Made by a program: the position numbers and the translations under genes
Assembly: GCA_963709345.1 (NCBI GenBank)
Contig: CAVPVX010000002.1
Location: 96,001-160,000 of the forward strand
Source: an uncultured Actinomycetes bacterium
GTDB taxonomy: Bacteria; Actinomycetota; Thermoleophilia; UBA2241
Direction of reading: 5' to 3'
Length of the DNA: 64,000 nt
The notes under the pieces: model-generated
The model's input: only the letters and a program-made list of their open reading frames with translations
Told to the model about the DNA's origin: nothing
The model's database searches: none
Part shown: positions 49,724 through 63,519 of the stretch, one piece after another
Numbering within the stretch: position 1 is the first letter of the stretch
Layout: every line of letters starts with the position of its first letter

Positions 49724-50550
49724 CTGACGACCACCTGGACGAGGTCGAGCTTGCGGAAGTCGACGAATGGGCGCACGGCGATGCTCTGGTACAACTCGAC
49801 CTCCTGGGAGCCGACGCTCTCGACGACCCCGATGGGGATGCCCCGGACGAACACGGAGCCGCTGCGCCCCGACGTCACCACGTACTGGCCCACCTTCACC
49901 TTCTCGTTCTTGTCCACGTACTCGAGCGTCACATCGCCGGTCACGCTGCCGCCGACGATGCCCTGTGCGCCACCGGGCTCGACCATCGCGTCGACGAAAC
50001 TCTGCTGGTCAGTGACGAGCATGACCTGGGCCGCGTTCGCGCTGACCTTCGTGACGCGGCCCACGAGGCCGGCTCCGCACACCACCGGGTCGTATACGTC
50101 GACGCCGGCGCCGCTCCCGACGTTGATCGTCACGGTCGAGTACCAGGAGCTGGTCGAGCGAGCGACGACGCGCGCCGTGACCAGCTCCACACCGGCTGGG
50201 AAGATCTTGTCCTCCTGAAGAGCGACGAGGCCACGAAGCTGATCGTTCTCGGCCTGGGTGGTCAGCTCTCTGGCGAGGCCGGCCCGCAGACGCTCGACCT
50301 CCTTCTTGAGCGCCCTGTTCTCCGACTTGGCGCTGAACAGGTCGCCGACCCAGTTCCAGCCGTCGCGGAACGGCTTGGTGACGCGCGCCGTGCCGCTTTG
50401 CATCGGCGACACGACGCGCAGCACCCCATCCTGGACGCCGCGTGCGAACCCGCTGTCGGATTCGCGGAAGTAGAGCGTGAGCAGAGCGACGGAGAGGAGC
50501 AGCAACACACCCACCACGATCCGCCGCCGGAGTGCGCGCCGGCGATTCAC
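49720..50550 (-). CDS. mreC: Rod shape-determining protein MreC
   Basis: TM, coiled coil, GLVGRV, VVTSG..SVFVRGIPIG and PFVDF motifs. Confidence 0.94.
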   Translation of the reverse strand: MNRRRALRRRIVVGVLLLLSVALLTLYFRESDSGFARGVQDGVLRVVSPMQSGTARVTKPFRDGWNWVGDLFSAKSENRALKKEVERLRAGLARELTTQAENDQLRGLVALQEDKIFPAGVELVTARVVARSTSSWYSTVTINVGSGAGVDVYDPVVCGAGLVGRVTKVSANAAQVMLVTDQQSFVDAMVEPGGAQGIVGGSVTGDVTLEYVDKNEKVKVGQYVVTSGRSGSVFVRGIPIGVVESVGSQEVELYQSIAVRPFVDFRKLDLVQVVVR

Positions 50551-50569
50551 AGATCAGCGACGGGCGGCG

Positions 50570-51613
50570 CTACCGGCCCCGCGGCCGGGAGTTGCGCTTG
50601 CTCTTGACGAGGACATCGAACTCCTCGAGGTACTTGCCGGATCCGACGGCTACGCAGGTGAGCGGCGATTCCGCTAGATGTACCGGCATCTGGGTCTCTT
50701 CGCGCAGGCGCTCGGGGAGCCCCTGCAGCAGCGAGCCGCCGCCGGCGAGCATGATGCCGCGGTCCATGATGTCGCTGGCGAGCTCCGGAGGTGTCTTGTC
50801 GAGCGTCGCCTTGATCGCGTCGATGATCGCCTGTGTCGGCTCCTCAAGGGCGGCCCGCACCTCTTCAGACGACAGGACGATGGTCTTGGGCAGGCCGGTG
50901 ACGAGATCGCGACCGCGGATCTCGGCCTGCTCCTCCTGTGGCAGCGGGTAGGCCGAGCCGATCTCAAGCTTGATCTCCTCCGACGTCTGGCTGCCGATGA
51001 GGAGCTTGTACTCCTTCTTGACGTAGCTGATGATCGCCTCGTCGAGCTCGTCGCCGCCGACCCGGATCGACTGGCTGACGACGATGCCGCCGAGGGAGAT
51101 CACGGCCACTTCGCTGGTGCCGCCGCCGATGTCGACGATCATGCTCCCGGTGGGCTCGGCGACCGGAAGGCCGGCGCCGATAGCGGCGGCCATCGGCTCC
51201 TCGATCAGGGTCGCCCAGCGGGCGCCGGCCGAGTAGGTCGCCTCCTCGACGGCGCGTTTCTCGACGCCGGTGACACCGCTGGGCACGCAGATGACCACGC
51301 GCGGGTGCGCCCAGCGGTTCTGCATGACCTTGCGGATGAAGTGACGGAGCATCTGCTCCGTGATGTCGAAGTCGGCGATGACGCCGTCTTTGAGCGGCCG
51401 CACGGCGCTGATCGTCGCCGGCGTGCGGCCGAGCATGCGCTTGGCCTCCCCGCCGACGGCGTGGACCTCGCCGCTGCGGTGGTCGATGGCGACGACGGAC
51501 GGCTCGCTGAGCACGATGCCGCGGCCGCGGAGATAGACGAGCGTATTGGCGGTTCCGAGATCCACCGCCATGTCGCGGGCGCCGAAGCCCGTCACGAAGC
51601 CGAGGAAGCTGAT
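50570..51613 (-). CDS. mreB: Actin-like MreB (probable non-canonical ATC start)
   Basis: [33 protein letters not shown] and GGGSLL motifs. AAAGGAG SD 6 nt before an in-frame ATC. Confidence 0.96.
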   Translation of the reverse strand: MSFLGFVTGFGARDMAVDLGTANTLVYLRGRGIVLSEPSVVAIDHRSGEVHAVGGEAKRMLGRTPATISAVRPLKDGVIADFDITEQMLRHFIRKVMQNRWAHPRVVICVPSGVTGVEKRAVEEATYSAGARWATLIEEPMAAAIGAGLPVAEPTGSMIVDIGGGTSEVAVISLGGIVVSQSIRVGGDELDEAIISYVKKEYKLLIGSQTSEEIKLEIGSAYPLPQEEQAEIRGRDLVTGLPKTIVLSSEEVRAALEEPTQAIIDAIKATLDKTPPELASDIMDRGIMLAGGGSLLQGLPERLREETQMPVHLAESPLTCVAVGSGKYLEEFDVLVKSKRNSRPRGR

Positions 51614-51646
51614 GAGGAGCTCCTTTCGGTGAGATGTCGAACAGCG

Positions 51647-51652
51647 ATTGTA
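51647..51652 (-). promoter_or_regulatory. -10 TACAAT for the mre operon
   Basis: Near-consensus hexamer 20 nt upstream of the SD. Confidence 0.6.
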
Positions 51653-51785
51653 TACGGTGCCCCCACCCATAGCTACCGGCGGCAGGCTCGCCGCGACGGG
51701 CGGCAGGGAGACGCGCAGCGTCTGATTCGGCGCCCGGAGACCAGTCCCTCCCGACCGTCCGGGCGGGCAGCTCAGGCGTGGTGCG

Positions 51786-52403
51786 TCAGGAGGACGGCGG
51801 CGCGCCGAGCCAGCCGAAAGGAGGCACGCCAAAGGCCGCCAGAAGCCGCAGCAGCTCCGCGACCGGCAGACCCACGACGTTGAAGTAGTCGCCTTCGACG
51901 TGCTTCACCAGCGCCGACCCGATGCCTTGGATCGCGTAGGCGCCGGCGCGGTCGCGCCACTCGCCGCAGGCGACATACGCTGCGAGATCGGCGTCGGTGA
52001 GCGGGCGGAAGGTCACGCCGGTGATCACATGATTCGCGACCGCCATCTTCCTCGAAGTGAGGTACAGACCGCTGTACACCTCGTGACGTCGGGCGGCGAG
52101 GCGGCGCAGGTAGCGCGCCGCCTCCGCGGCGTCGGCCGCCTTGCCAAGGATCTCGCCGCCGCTGACCACCACCGTGTCGACGCCCAGCACCAGCTCGCCG
52201 GGCCGCAGATCGGCCCGGGTGAGAACGTCCTCGGCCTTGCCCCTGGCGTTCTGCTGAACGGTGTGGGCGGGGTCTCCGTCGCGGACGTCTTCAGCGTGCT
52301 CGCTGACCACGACCCGAAAGGGGATCGAGAGCTGCTCGAGCAGCGCCCGGCGCTGCGGCGAACGGGACGCGAGGACCAGCCGAACCGGCGGCCGAGTCGG
52401 CAT
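51786..52403 (-). CDS. maf: Maf family nucleotide pyrophosphatase (start uncertain, up to 52460)
   Basis: [31 protein letters not shown] and [10 protein letters not shown] motifs. Confidence 0.92.
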   Translation of the reverse strand: MPTRPPVRLVLASRSPQRRALLEQLSIPFRVVVSEHAEDVRDGDPAHTVQQNARGKAEDVLTRADLRPGELVLGVDTVVVSGGEILGKAADAAEAARYLRRLAARRHEVYSGLYLTSRKMAVANHVITGVTFRPLTDADLAAYVACGEWRDRAGAYAIQGIGSALVKHVEGDYFNVVGLPVAELLRLLAAFGVPPFGWLGAPPSS

Positions 52404-52446
52404 CGCGCCTTGCGGCGCGCCCGCGGCGTGAGGCGGAGCGCTCATG

Positions 52447-52860
52447 CTAGACGAGCTCACCCTCGCCGAAGAACAACCCGATCTCCCGGGCGGCGCTCTC
52501 CGGGCCGTCCGAGCCGTGGATGACGTTCTCCTCCTTGCTGAGCGAGAAGTCGCCGCGGATCGTGCCGGGCGCGGCTTGAGCCGAGTCGGTGACTCCCATC
52601 ATGGCGCGAGCGACGGTGACGGCCTCCCGGCCCTCCCACACCATGGCCACGACCGGGCCCGAGGTGATGAACGCGGCGAGACTTTCGTAGAACGGCTTGC
52701 CGACGTGTTCCGCGTAGTGCCGCTCGGCGAGATCGCGGTCGATGCGCAGCACCTTGATGCCACGCAGCACGAAACCGCGGCGCTCGAAGCGGGCGACGAT
52801 CTCGCCGACGAGCCCGCGGGCGACGCCGTTGGGTTTGACCATGATGAACGTACGCTCCAT
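52447..52860 (-). CDS. ndk: Nucleoside diphosphate kinase
   Basis: [26 protein letters not shown] and NVIHGSD motifs. Confidence 0.96.
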   Translation of the reverse strand: MERTFIMVKPNGVARGLVGEIVARFERRGFVLRGIKVLRIDRDLAERHYAEHVGKPFYESLAAFITSGPVVAMVWEGREAVTVARAMMGVTDSAQAAPGTIRGDFSLSKEENVIHGSDGPESAAREIGLFFGEGELV

Positions 52861-52946
52861 AAGAGAGACCTCCGGGATGTGATGAGAAGAGAGCCGTGGA
52901 AGTCCGGCCGCCGGTGTCGCCGGCGCCGTCTCGCCTCCGGCGCGGG

Positions 52947-53486
52947 CTACACGCGATCGAACGCCGGCGGGGCCATCTGCACGTCGGTCTCGCAGTACGG
53001 GCAGACGCGCCACTGCGGATCGATGGGCTTGCGGCACGAGGGACATGAGGTCCGGAGCCGGCGCCCACACGTCGGGCACACCAGGTAGTCCTCGCGCACC
53101 GGCGTCTTGCAGAACGAGCAGCGCTCTTCCTCGCCGATGCGCTGCTCCATCATGAGCACCTCGAGTTCCCGCTCCCGGCGGTCGGCGATGGTCTCCGCCG
53201 GCCGGACGATGGCGTAGACGATCAGCCCGACGGGCCCGAAGACGATCCCGGTGAGCACCGCGACGGCCAGCACGATCCTGTCGTCGATGCGGCGGCGGGC
53301 ATCCTTGAACACCCAGAAGGCGCACGAGACCCAGAGCACCACGAGGAAGAAGTAGAACATCAGCGTGACGAAGCGCCAGGCGGGCGACGTGAAGAAATCC
53401 ATCACCGATTGGAACGGGTTGCTGCTGTCGGTCGTCGTCTTGGTAACGGTGGTCTTCGTGGCCGCGAGGATGATCCAGTGAGGCAC
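52947..53486 (-). CDS. Membrane protein with C-terminal double zinc ribbon
   Basis: Two hydrophobic helices flanking WVFKDARRR, then CSFC/CPTC/CPSC/CPYC; strong AGGAGG SD. Confidence 0.82.
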   Translation of the reverse strand: MPHWIILAATKTTVTKTTTDSSNPFQSVMDFFTSPAWRFVTLMFYFFLVVLWVSCAFWVFKDARRRIDDRIVLAVAVLTGIVFGPVGLIVYAIVRPAETIADRRERELEVLMMEQRIGEEERCSFCKTPVREDYLVCPTCGRRLRTSCPSCRKPIDPQWRVCPYCETDVQMAPPAFDRV

Positions 53487-53566
53487 CCTTCCTCCTCAGG
53501 AGAGCTCCGTCGAGGGTGCCTCCGGCCCCTCCACGCGATGACGGCCGCAGGCGCGAGCGGAGAGGA

Positions 53567-55048
53567 TCAGCCCCCCGCCGGCGTATCCGACCGGCTGGCC
53601 TCGGCGACCAGCGCCGCAATCATACCCGAGAATATCCTGCCGTGGACAGGATAGAGTCCGTACCAGTAGGCAAGGCCGGGCAGGCCGCGCGGCGCGAAGT
53701 ACGCGGTCTGCACCAGCAGCGTGCCGTCCCCGCGCGGGAGCGTCTCGAACTGGAGCCAGGCCGAGCCCGGCACCTTCATCTCCGCGCGGAGACGCAGCAG
53801 ACGCCCGGTCTCGACCGCCTCCACGCGCCAGAAGTCGAGCGCGTCGCCGACGCGGAGGTCGTCGGGGTCGCGGCGGCCGCGGCGCAGCCCGACGCCGCCG
53901 ACGAGACGGTCGGCGGCGCCGCGCAGCTCCCAGGCCCAATCCCAGGCGCGGTAGCCGCGCTCACCGCCGATCGTCAGAAGCACGTCGAAGACATCCTCCG
54001 GAGGCGCGTCGACCACGGCCTGGCGACGCTCGATCAGCTTGCCCTCCTGAGTGGCCAGCGCGACCGGCTGCACGTCCCCTCCGCTGGTCACCAGCGCATC
54101 CGCCCAGCTCGTCTCGACCTCTCCCGTGTCGAGACTCGCGACCGCCGCGCACACCGCGGTCAGGTATCCCACCGGGTGGATCGCGGGGAACAGGTCGTGA
54201 GCGCACTGGTCCCGTACCACCGTCTCGTTGCGCAGGCCCTCGATCAGGGGGCGGGCGATCGTTGCCGGGATAGGGGTCACGAGGTGGACCCAGTAGGACG
54301 AAAGCTTGGGCGTCAACACGGGGACAGGCTGCAGGCGCCGCCGGAGGCCGCGGGCCCGGGCGTAGCCGCGCATCATGTCGCCGTACGTGAGGACGTCCGA
54401 GCCCCCGATCTCGACGATGCGCCCTGCGCTCCCGCGGACGTCCAGCGCCGCGACGAGATACCGGAGCAGGTCGTCCACGGCGATCGGCTGGACGCGCGTG
54501 TACACCCACTGGGGACAGATCATGACCGGGAGACGCTCGGTGAGGTAGCGGATCATCTCGAACGAGATGCTGCCGGAGCCCACGACGACGGCCGCCCGGA
54601 ACTCGGTCACCGGCACGCCCGCCTCGCGCAGAGCCTCGCCGGTCTCCTGCCGGGACCGCAGGTGCTTCGAGAGGTCGGCGGCCGGATCACCGAGGCCGCC
54701 AAGGTAGACGATGCGCTGCACACCGGCGCGGGAGGCGGCCCCCGCAAAGGCCCGCGCCGCCGCCAGGTCACGCTCGCGATAGCCCTCTCCGCGAGCCATC
54801 GAATGGATCAGGTAGTAGGCGACGGCGACGCCGGCCAGAGCCTCGTCGAGACTCGCCGGCCGCAAGACGTCGCCGGTGGCGATCTCGACGCGCGACGCCC
54901 AGTCACGGCCCTCGAGACGGCGCGGGTCGCGCACCATCACACGTACCCGGCGACCCGCGTCGAGCAGCCTCGGGACGAGGCGTCCACCCACGTATCCGGT
55001 GGCGCCGCTGACGAGGATCAGGGGACCGGCAGACGACTGGGTATCCAT
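53567..55048 (-). CDS. NAD(P)-binding atypical SDR with DUF2867 domain (YbjT-like)
   Basis: [53 protein letters not shown] and GLAYWY motifs. Confidence 0.88.
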   Translation of the reverse strand: MDTQSSAGPLILVSGATGYVGGRLVPRLLDAGRRVRVMVRDPRRLEGRDWASRVEIATGDVLRPASLDEALAGVAVAYYLIHSMARGEGYRERDLAAARAFAGAASRAGVQRIVYLGGLGDPAADLSKHLRSRQETGEALREAGVPVTEFRAAVVVGSGSISFEMIRYLTERLPVMICPQWVYTRVQPIAVDDLLRYLVAALDVRGSAGRIVEIGGSDVLTYGDMMRGYARARGLRRRLQPVPVLTPKLSSYWVHLVTPIPATIARPLIEGLRNETVVRDQCAHDLFPAIHPVGYLTAVCAAVASLDTGEVETSWADALVTSGGDVQPVALATQEGKLIERRQAVVDAPPEDVFDVLLTIGGERGYRAWDWAWELRGAADRLVGGVGLRRGRRDPDDLRVGDALDFWRVEAVETGRLLRLRAEMKVPGSAWLQFETLPRGDGTLLVQTAYFAPRGLPGLAYWYGLYPVHGRIFSGMIAALVAEASRSDTPAGG

Positions 55049-55093
55049 TGTCCCTCCTGCGGCCGCCGAGGCCGACGCGGGTGGCGTGTGAGC

Positions 55094-55240
55094 CTAGAAG
55101 ATACCCGGGAAGGCTGGAGCGAATGCGGCAAGCTTCATGCCGATGAGGTAGCCGACGAAGAAGGCGACGAGCGCGACGGCGATAACGATCAGGAGCGCGA
55201 CCAGGAACCGTACGGCCGGATGCGCTTTCTTCTGTGCCAT
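55094..55240 (-). CDS. 48-aa single-pass membrane protein (not in ORF track)
   Basis: MAQKKAHPAVRFLVALLIVIAVALVAFFVGYLIGMKLAAFAPAFPGIF*; GGAGGGG SD, own promoter, GC-rich third codon positions. Confidence 0.75.
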   Translation of the reverse strand: MAQKKAHPAVRFLVALLIVIAVALVAFFVGYLIGMKLAAFAPAFPGIF

Positions 55241-55263
55241 TCACCCCTCCACGAGTCTGCGCC

Positions 55264-55291
55264 AGTATACCCGACCACCGAGGCCGGACAA
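55264..55291 (-). promoter_or_regulatory. Promoter TTGTCC-16-TATACT for the small membrane protein and YbjT-like gene
   Basis: Both hexamers are visible just downstream of the folC stop. Confidence 0.6.
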
Positions 55292-55297
55292 GCAGGC

Positions 55298-56767
55298 TCA
55301 GAGGCCTCCGGCGAGAACGTCGCGCAGGTCCTCAAGGAGGTACAGGGATCCACCGATCAGGACGCTGCCGCGCGGCCCCGCAAGCTCGAGAGCGCGGTCG
55401 AGCGCGCCGTGGGCGTCGGGGACGCTCTCCACCAGCGCCGGCGCCGCGGATGCCGCCGCTGCGCGGGCCGCCGCCGCCAGCTCGTCCGCGGTAAGGCTGC
55501 GCGCCTCGTCGGCCTGCGTGCAGACGACCGCGTCGAGCAGCGGCAGCAGCCCCCGGAGCATCTCCTCGTACTGCTTGTCGCGCATGATGGCGAGGACGCC
55601 GATGGTAGGCCGCGGCACGTCCACGGCGCCGAGGCTCCGCGCGAGAACGCGCACGCCGTCCGGGTTGTGGGCGCCGTCCGCGAGCACCAGCGGCCGCTCG
55701 CCTATCTTCTGCAGGCGTCCGGGCACGGCCGTGGTCGCCAGGGCCCGACGCACGGCCGCCTCGTCAAGGCGGCCGAGCAGCAGACGAGCCGCGGCGACAG
55801 CCAACGCCGCATTGTGGACCTGGTAGAGCGCCGGTGTGGGCACGCTGAGCCCGGACCAGCGCTCGGGCGCGGACCCCTCGCCGCCGGTCATCGTCACGGC
55901 GAAGTCGGGCGGGACGCCTTCCACTACGAAGTCGCCCTCGTGACTCACGACGCCGGGACGCGGGTCGACATCCGCCGGCGGCAGTCCCGTCGGGCCCCCC
56001 GCGGCTTCCATGCTCGCGGAGCGCAGGAAGTACGGGGCGGCGCCGGCCGAGGCGCAGGCGCGACGCGCCTCCGTCTCGAGGCCGTCGAGCTCGCCGAATA
56101 CGACATCGCCCCCTTTGATCACGGCCGCCTTCTCCGCGAAGATGAGCTCTCTCGTGTCGCCCAGCACCTCAGTGTGCTCGAGTGCGATGTTCGTGAGGAC
56201 GACGACGGGCGCCCAGACGACGTTGGTCGCGTCGAGGCGCCCCCCGAGCCCCGCCTCCAGCGCCACCGCCTCCATCCCGCTCTCCGCGAACGCCAGCAGA
56301 GCGGCCACTGTGAGTACCTCGAACTGCGTGGTCTCCCCCAGATCCCCGCGCAGACCGGCGACCTCACGGGCGACCCGCTCGACGGCGGCGCCGAGGAGGG
56401 CGTCGGACACAGGGCGCCCATCCACGAGCACACGCTCGCTCCAACCCGAGATGTGCGGCGAGAGATACGCGCCGGACCGCAGGCCGTGAGCACGGAGCAG
56501 AGCCTCGCAGTACCGCACCGTCGACGACTTGCCGTTCGTGCCGACCACGTGGATGACCCGATACGACTCGTGAGGGCGACCGAGCACGTCGAGAAGAGCG
56601 CTCACGCGCTCCAGCCCCGGCCTCATACCGAAGGCCGCGAGCGAGACCAGGTACGCCTGCCACGAGCCGGAGGCGGAGGCGGCGGGCGTGAGCACGTCGC
56701 CGGCGCCGCCGCCACGCGATTCCGCGCGCCCCGAGCCGGACGGCGGAGCAGCAGCCGTGCCGCTCAC
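55298..56767 (-). CDS. folC: Folylpolyglutamate synthase/dihydrofolate synthase
   Basis: IHVVGTNGKSS, SPHI, EAGLGGRLDATN, PGRLQ, DGAHNP and GGSLYL motifs; follows valS. Confidence 0.94.
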   Translation of the reverse strand: MSGTAAAPPSGSGRAESRGGGAGDVLTPAASASGSWQAYLVSLAAFGMRPGLERVSALLDVLGRPHESYRVIHVVGTNGKSSTVRYCEALLRAHGLRSGAYLSPHISGWSERVLVDGRPVSDALLGAAVERVAREVAGLRGDLGETTQFEVLTVAALLAFAESGMEAVALEAGLGGRLDATNVVWAPVVVLTNIALEHTEVLGDTRELIFAEKAAVIKGGDVVFGELDGLETEARRACASAGAAPYFLRSASMEAAGGPTGLPPADVDPRPGVVSHEGDFVVEGVPPDFAVTMTGGEGSAPERWSGLSVPTPALYQVHNAALAVAAARLLLGRLDEAAVRRALATTAVPGRLQKIGERPLVLADGAHNPDGVRVLARSLGAVDVPRPTIGVLAIMRDKQYEEMLRGLLPLLDAVVCTQADEARSLTADELAAAARAAAASAAPALVESVPDAHGALDRALELAGPRGSVLIGGSLYLLEDLRDVLAGGL

Positions 56768-56777
56768 GGCGCCGCCC

Positions 56778-59414
56778 TCACTCCTCGCGCAACTGCGCGA
56801 GACGGGCGGCGAGGCCGTCGCGGTCGGCAACGTACCCGGCAAGCTTCTCGCGCTCCTTGGTGACGACGGCCTTGGGGGCTCGCCCGACGAACTTCTCGTT
56901 CGCAAGCTTGGCCTCCCCGCGCTCGACCTCCACCTGTACCCTGGCCAGTTGCTGCTCGAGCCGGGCCACCTCCTCGGCCCTGTCGACGGCGGCGGCGACG
57001 TCGAGGCGGCCACCGGGGATACGCACGACGGTGGCGTCGGCAGGCGCGTCGCCGTCGAAGGCGATCTCCGTCTTCGCGAGCGCGCGGATCGCGGCGGCGT
57101 AGGGGGCATATCTCGCCGCCGCGCCGTCACCGTCACCGGCGAACACCGCCTTGAGCACCTTGCCCGGAGGCACTTCGGCCTCGGCGCGCAGGCGCCGCAG
57201 CGCGTCGACCGCCGCCTGCAGGTCGCCGATCGCTGCTTCGGCGTCGGGAGCGAGCTGCGCCTCGTCGCGCCGCGGGTGCCGCTGCTCCAGCAGCGGCGCG
57301 GTGCCGTACTGCGCCGCGATCTCCTCGGTGACGAACGGGAGGAACGGGTGCAACAGCCGGACGATCTGGTCGAGCATGTGGCGCGCATGCCCTGCGGCCC
57401 CCGCCTTCTCGGCCTCGTCGTCTCCGTACAGCCGCACTTTGACGAGCTCGAGGTACCAGTCGCAGAACTCGTTCCAGACGAAGTGGTAGAGCGTGTCGAC
57501 GGCGGCGGTGAAGTCGTAGACGGCGACCGCCTCCTCCACGGCCACCAGACAGCCCTGGAAGCGGCTTGCGATCCAGCGGTCGACGACGTCGGCCTCGCTG
57601 CGCTCGGCCGCGTACCCCTCGCTGCCGAGAAGGACGAAGCGGGCGGCATTCCACAGCTTGTTGGCGAAGCCGCGGCCCATGGCGATCTTCTCTTCGCTGA
57701 AGCGCACGTCCTGGGCACTGCTCATGAGCAGCAGGCCGAAGCGCGTGGCGTCGGCGCCGTGCTTGTCGATCATCTCGAGCGGGTCGATGCCGGTGCCCAG
57801 ACTCTTGCTCATGCGCCGTCCATCCGGCGCCTGGATGACGGAGTGGATGTACACGTCGCGGAAGGGGATCTCGCCAACGAACTCGAGGCCCATCATGACC
57901 ATGCGCGCGACCCACAGGAAGATGATGTCGCGCGCCGTGCTCAGCACGTTGGTCGGATAGAAGTAGGCGAGGTCGGGAGTGTCGTCCGGCCAGCCGAAGG
58001 TGGCGAACGGCCACAGCGCCGAACTGAACCACGTGTCCAGGACGTCGGTCTCGCGATGCAGGGACGCGCCTCCGCACTTCGGGCACGCGGAGGGCGCCGT
58101 CTCGGCGACGATCGTCTCGCGGCACTCCTGGCTCTCGCAGTACCACACGGGGAGCTGATGCCCCCACCAGAGCTGGCGGCTGATGCACCACGGCCGCAGC
58201 TCGTCCATCCAGTCGATGTACACACGGCCCCAGCGCTCGGGGGTGAACGTCACCAGGCCGTCGCGGACGACCTCGGTCGCCGGCTTCTTGAGTTCGTCCA
58301 TGTCCATGAACCACTGCTCGCTGATCAGCGGCTCGATGGGCGTGCCGCAGCGATCGCAGGTGGCGACGCTGTGCGCGTAGTCCTCGACCTTCTCGAGGGC
58401 GCCGAGCTCGCGCAGGTCGGCGACGACGCGCTCGGCCGCCTCGTCGACCGCGAGGCCGGCGTAGGGGCCGCCGGCCGCGGTGATGCGGCCGTCCTGGCCG
58501 ATGGCTTGGACGGCCTCCAGCCCGTGCGTGCGGCCGATGTCGAAGTCGGTGAGGTCGTGGGCCGGCGTGATCTTGAGGGCGCCGGTACCGAAAGCGGGGT
58601 CGACGCGCTCGTCGGCCACGATCTTGAGCTCACGCCCGAGCAGGGGCAGCACGGCCGTCTTGCCCACGATACCGGCGTACCGCTCGTCGTCCGGATGCAC
58701 CGCCACCGCCGTGTCGCCGAGCATGGTCTCGGGCCGCGTGGTGGCGATCGTCACGCTGCCGCCGCCCTGTACCTCATAGCGGACGTGGTTCAGCGTGCCG
58801 GGCATCTCCTTGTAGGCCACCTCGAGGTCACTGATCGCCGTGCCGCAGCGAGGGCACCAGTTGACGAGATAGCTGCCCTTGGAGATGTACCCCTTCTCGT
58901 AGAGCGCGACGAAGACCTTGGTGACGGCGCGGGCGTAGCCGTCGTCGAAGGTGAACCGCTCACGCTCGTAGTCGCAGGCGCAGCCCAGACGCTTGAGCTG
59001 CGAGATGATCGTGCCGCCGTACTCGCGGCGCCACTCCCACACGCGCTCGACGAACTCCTCGCGGCCGAGATCCTCCTTGGTGCGCCCGTCGTTGCGCAGC
59101 ATCTTCTCGACGACGTTCTGCGTGGCGATGCCGGCATGATCGGTGCCCACCAGCCAGCAGGCGTTCTCGCCCAGCATGCGGTGGTAGCGCGTCAGGGCGT
59201 CCTGGATCGTGTCGTTGAGAGCGTGGCCCATGTGCAGTACGCCGGTGATGTTCGGCGGGGGGATGACGATCGAGTACGGCTCGCGGCCGGGGTCCGGCTC
59301 GGCGTGGAAGAGGTGCTCGTCCAGCCAGTGCCGCATCCAGCGGGCTTCAACGGCGGCGGGTTCGAAACGGGTGGTCTGCTGAAGATAGTCGGTGCCGCTG
59401 CTCGGGTCGCTCAT
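56778..59414 (-). CDS. valS: Valine--tRNA ligase
   Basis: PPPNITGVLHMGH, DHAGIATQ, WCISRQLWWGH, DVLDTWFSS, RMSKS and a C-terminal coiled-coil arm. Confidence 0.97.
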   Translation of the reverse strand: MSDPSSGTDYLQQTTRFEPAAVEARWMRHWLDEHLFHAEPDPGREPYSIVIPPPNITGVLHMGHALNDTIQDALTRYHRMLGENACWLVGTDHAGIATQNVVEKMLRNDGRTKEDLGREEFVERVWEWRREYGGTIISQLKRLGCACDYERERFTFDDGYARAVTKVFVALYEKGYISKGSYLVNWCPRCGTAISDLEVAYKEMPGTLNHVRYEVQGGGSVTIATTRPETMLGDTAVAVHPDDERYAGIVGKTAVLPLLGRELKIVADERVDPAFGTGALKITPAHDLTDFDIGRTHGLEAVQAIGQDGRITAAGGPYAGLAVDEAAERVVADLRELGALEKVEDYAHSVATCDRCGTPIEPLISEQWFMDMDELKKPATEVVRDGLVTFTPERWGRVYIDWMDELRPWCISRQLWWGHQLPVWYCESQECRETIVAETAPSACPKCGGASLHRETDVLDTWFSSALWPFATFGWPDDTPDLAYFYPTNVLSTARDIIFLWVARMVMMGLEFVGEIPFRDVYIHSVIQAPDGRRMSKSLGTGIDPLEMIDKHGADATRFGLLLMSSAQDVRFSEEKIAMGRGFANKLWNAARFVLLGSEGYAAERSEADVVDRWIASRFQGCLVAVEEAVAVYDFTAAVDTLYHFVWNEFCDWYLELVKVRLYGDDEAEKAGAAGHARHMLDQIVRLLHPFLPFVTEEIAAQYGTAPLLEQRHPRRDEAQLAPDAEAAIGDLQAAVDALRRLRAEAEVPPGKVLKAVFAGDGDGAAARYAPYAAAIRALAKTEIAFDGDAPADATVVRIPGGRLDVAAAVDRAEEVARLEQQLARVQVEVERGEAKLANEKFVGRAPKAVVTKEREKLAGYVADRDGLAARLAQLREE

Positions 59415-59536
59415 GGGCCTCAGTCTCGGTCTGCCCCGCGGGGCCGGGAGGCGCCGGGAGGACGGTTCACACGGATGAGCCCGCGCGCGGGCTCTGCGGC
59501 CGCAGGTCCGGCTCCGCCGCCCGCGGCCGAATGAGA

Positions 59537-59542
59537 AGTATA
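59537..59542 (-). promoter_or_regulatory. -10 TATACT for valS-folC
   Basis: Intergenic AT-rich hexamer about 120 nt upstream of the valS ATG. Confidence 0.55.
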
Positions 59543-59581
59543 CCGGGAGGCGGGCGGCGCTGCCGAGCGCCCGCCCGCTCC

Positions 59582-59770
59582 CTACTCCGTCTCGGGCGGG
59601 GCGTCGCCGCCGCTGGCCTCAAGAGCGCAGACCTGGCAGAACTCGTGCGACCCCTCGATGAGGGCGCCGCACTGTGAGCAATGCTTCTCCAGTCTGCCGC
59701 TGCCCGCGTCCACGCCCGGCTCTTCGGTGGAACCCGGTGTCTGATGATCGTGGTCGTGCGTATCGTGCAT
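59582..59770 (-). CDS. 62-aa His-rich zinc-ribbon protein
   Basis: MHDTHDHDH...CSQCG-x9-CQVC; ATG 1 nt after the lon stop, with an AGGAG SD. Confidence 0.65.
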   Translation of the reverse strand: MHDTHDHDHQTPGSTEEPGVDAGSGRLEKHCSQCGALIEGSHEFCQVCALEASGGDAPPETE

Positions 59771-59771
59771 G

Positions 59772-62198
<2,427 letters not shown>

Positions 62199-62208
62199 GC
62201 CGGTCTGC

Positions 62209-63480
<1,272 letters not shown>

Positions 63481-63519
63481 CTCGCTCCTCCTCGTGCGAA
63501 GACGCCGTCGCTCGCCGCG

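Noticed and set aside
27527-59534. Very long plus-strand ORFs (e.g. 27527-30253, 39960-42470, 53516-56863, 56688-59534)
   Set aside because: Antisense shadows of well-supported minus-strand genes. High GC suppresses stop codons, and they carry no recognisable motifs.
59415-59580. T-box riboswitch upstream of valS
   Set aside because: No GGTGGNACCGCG T-box sequence, and the leader is short.
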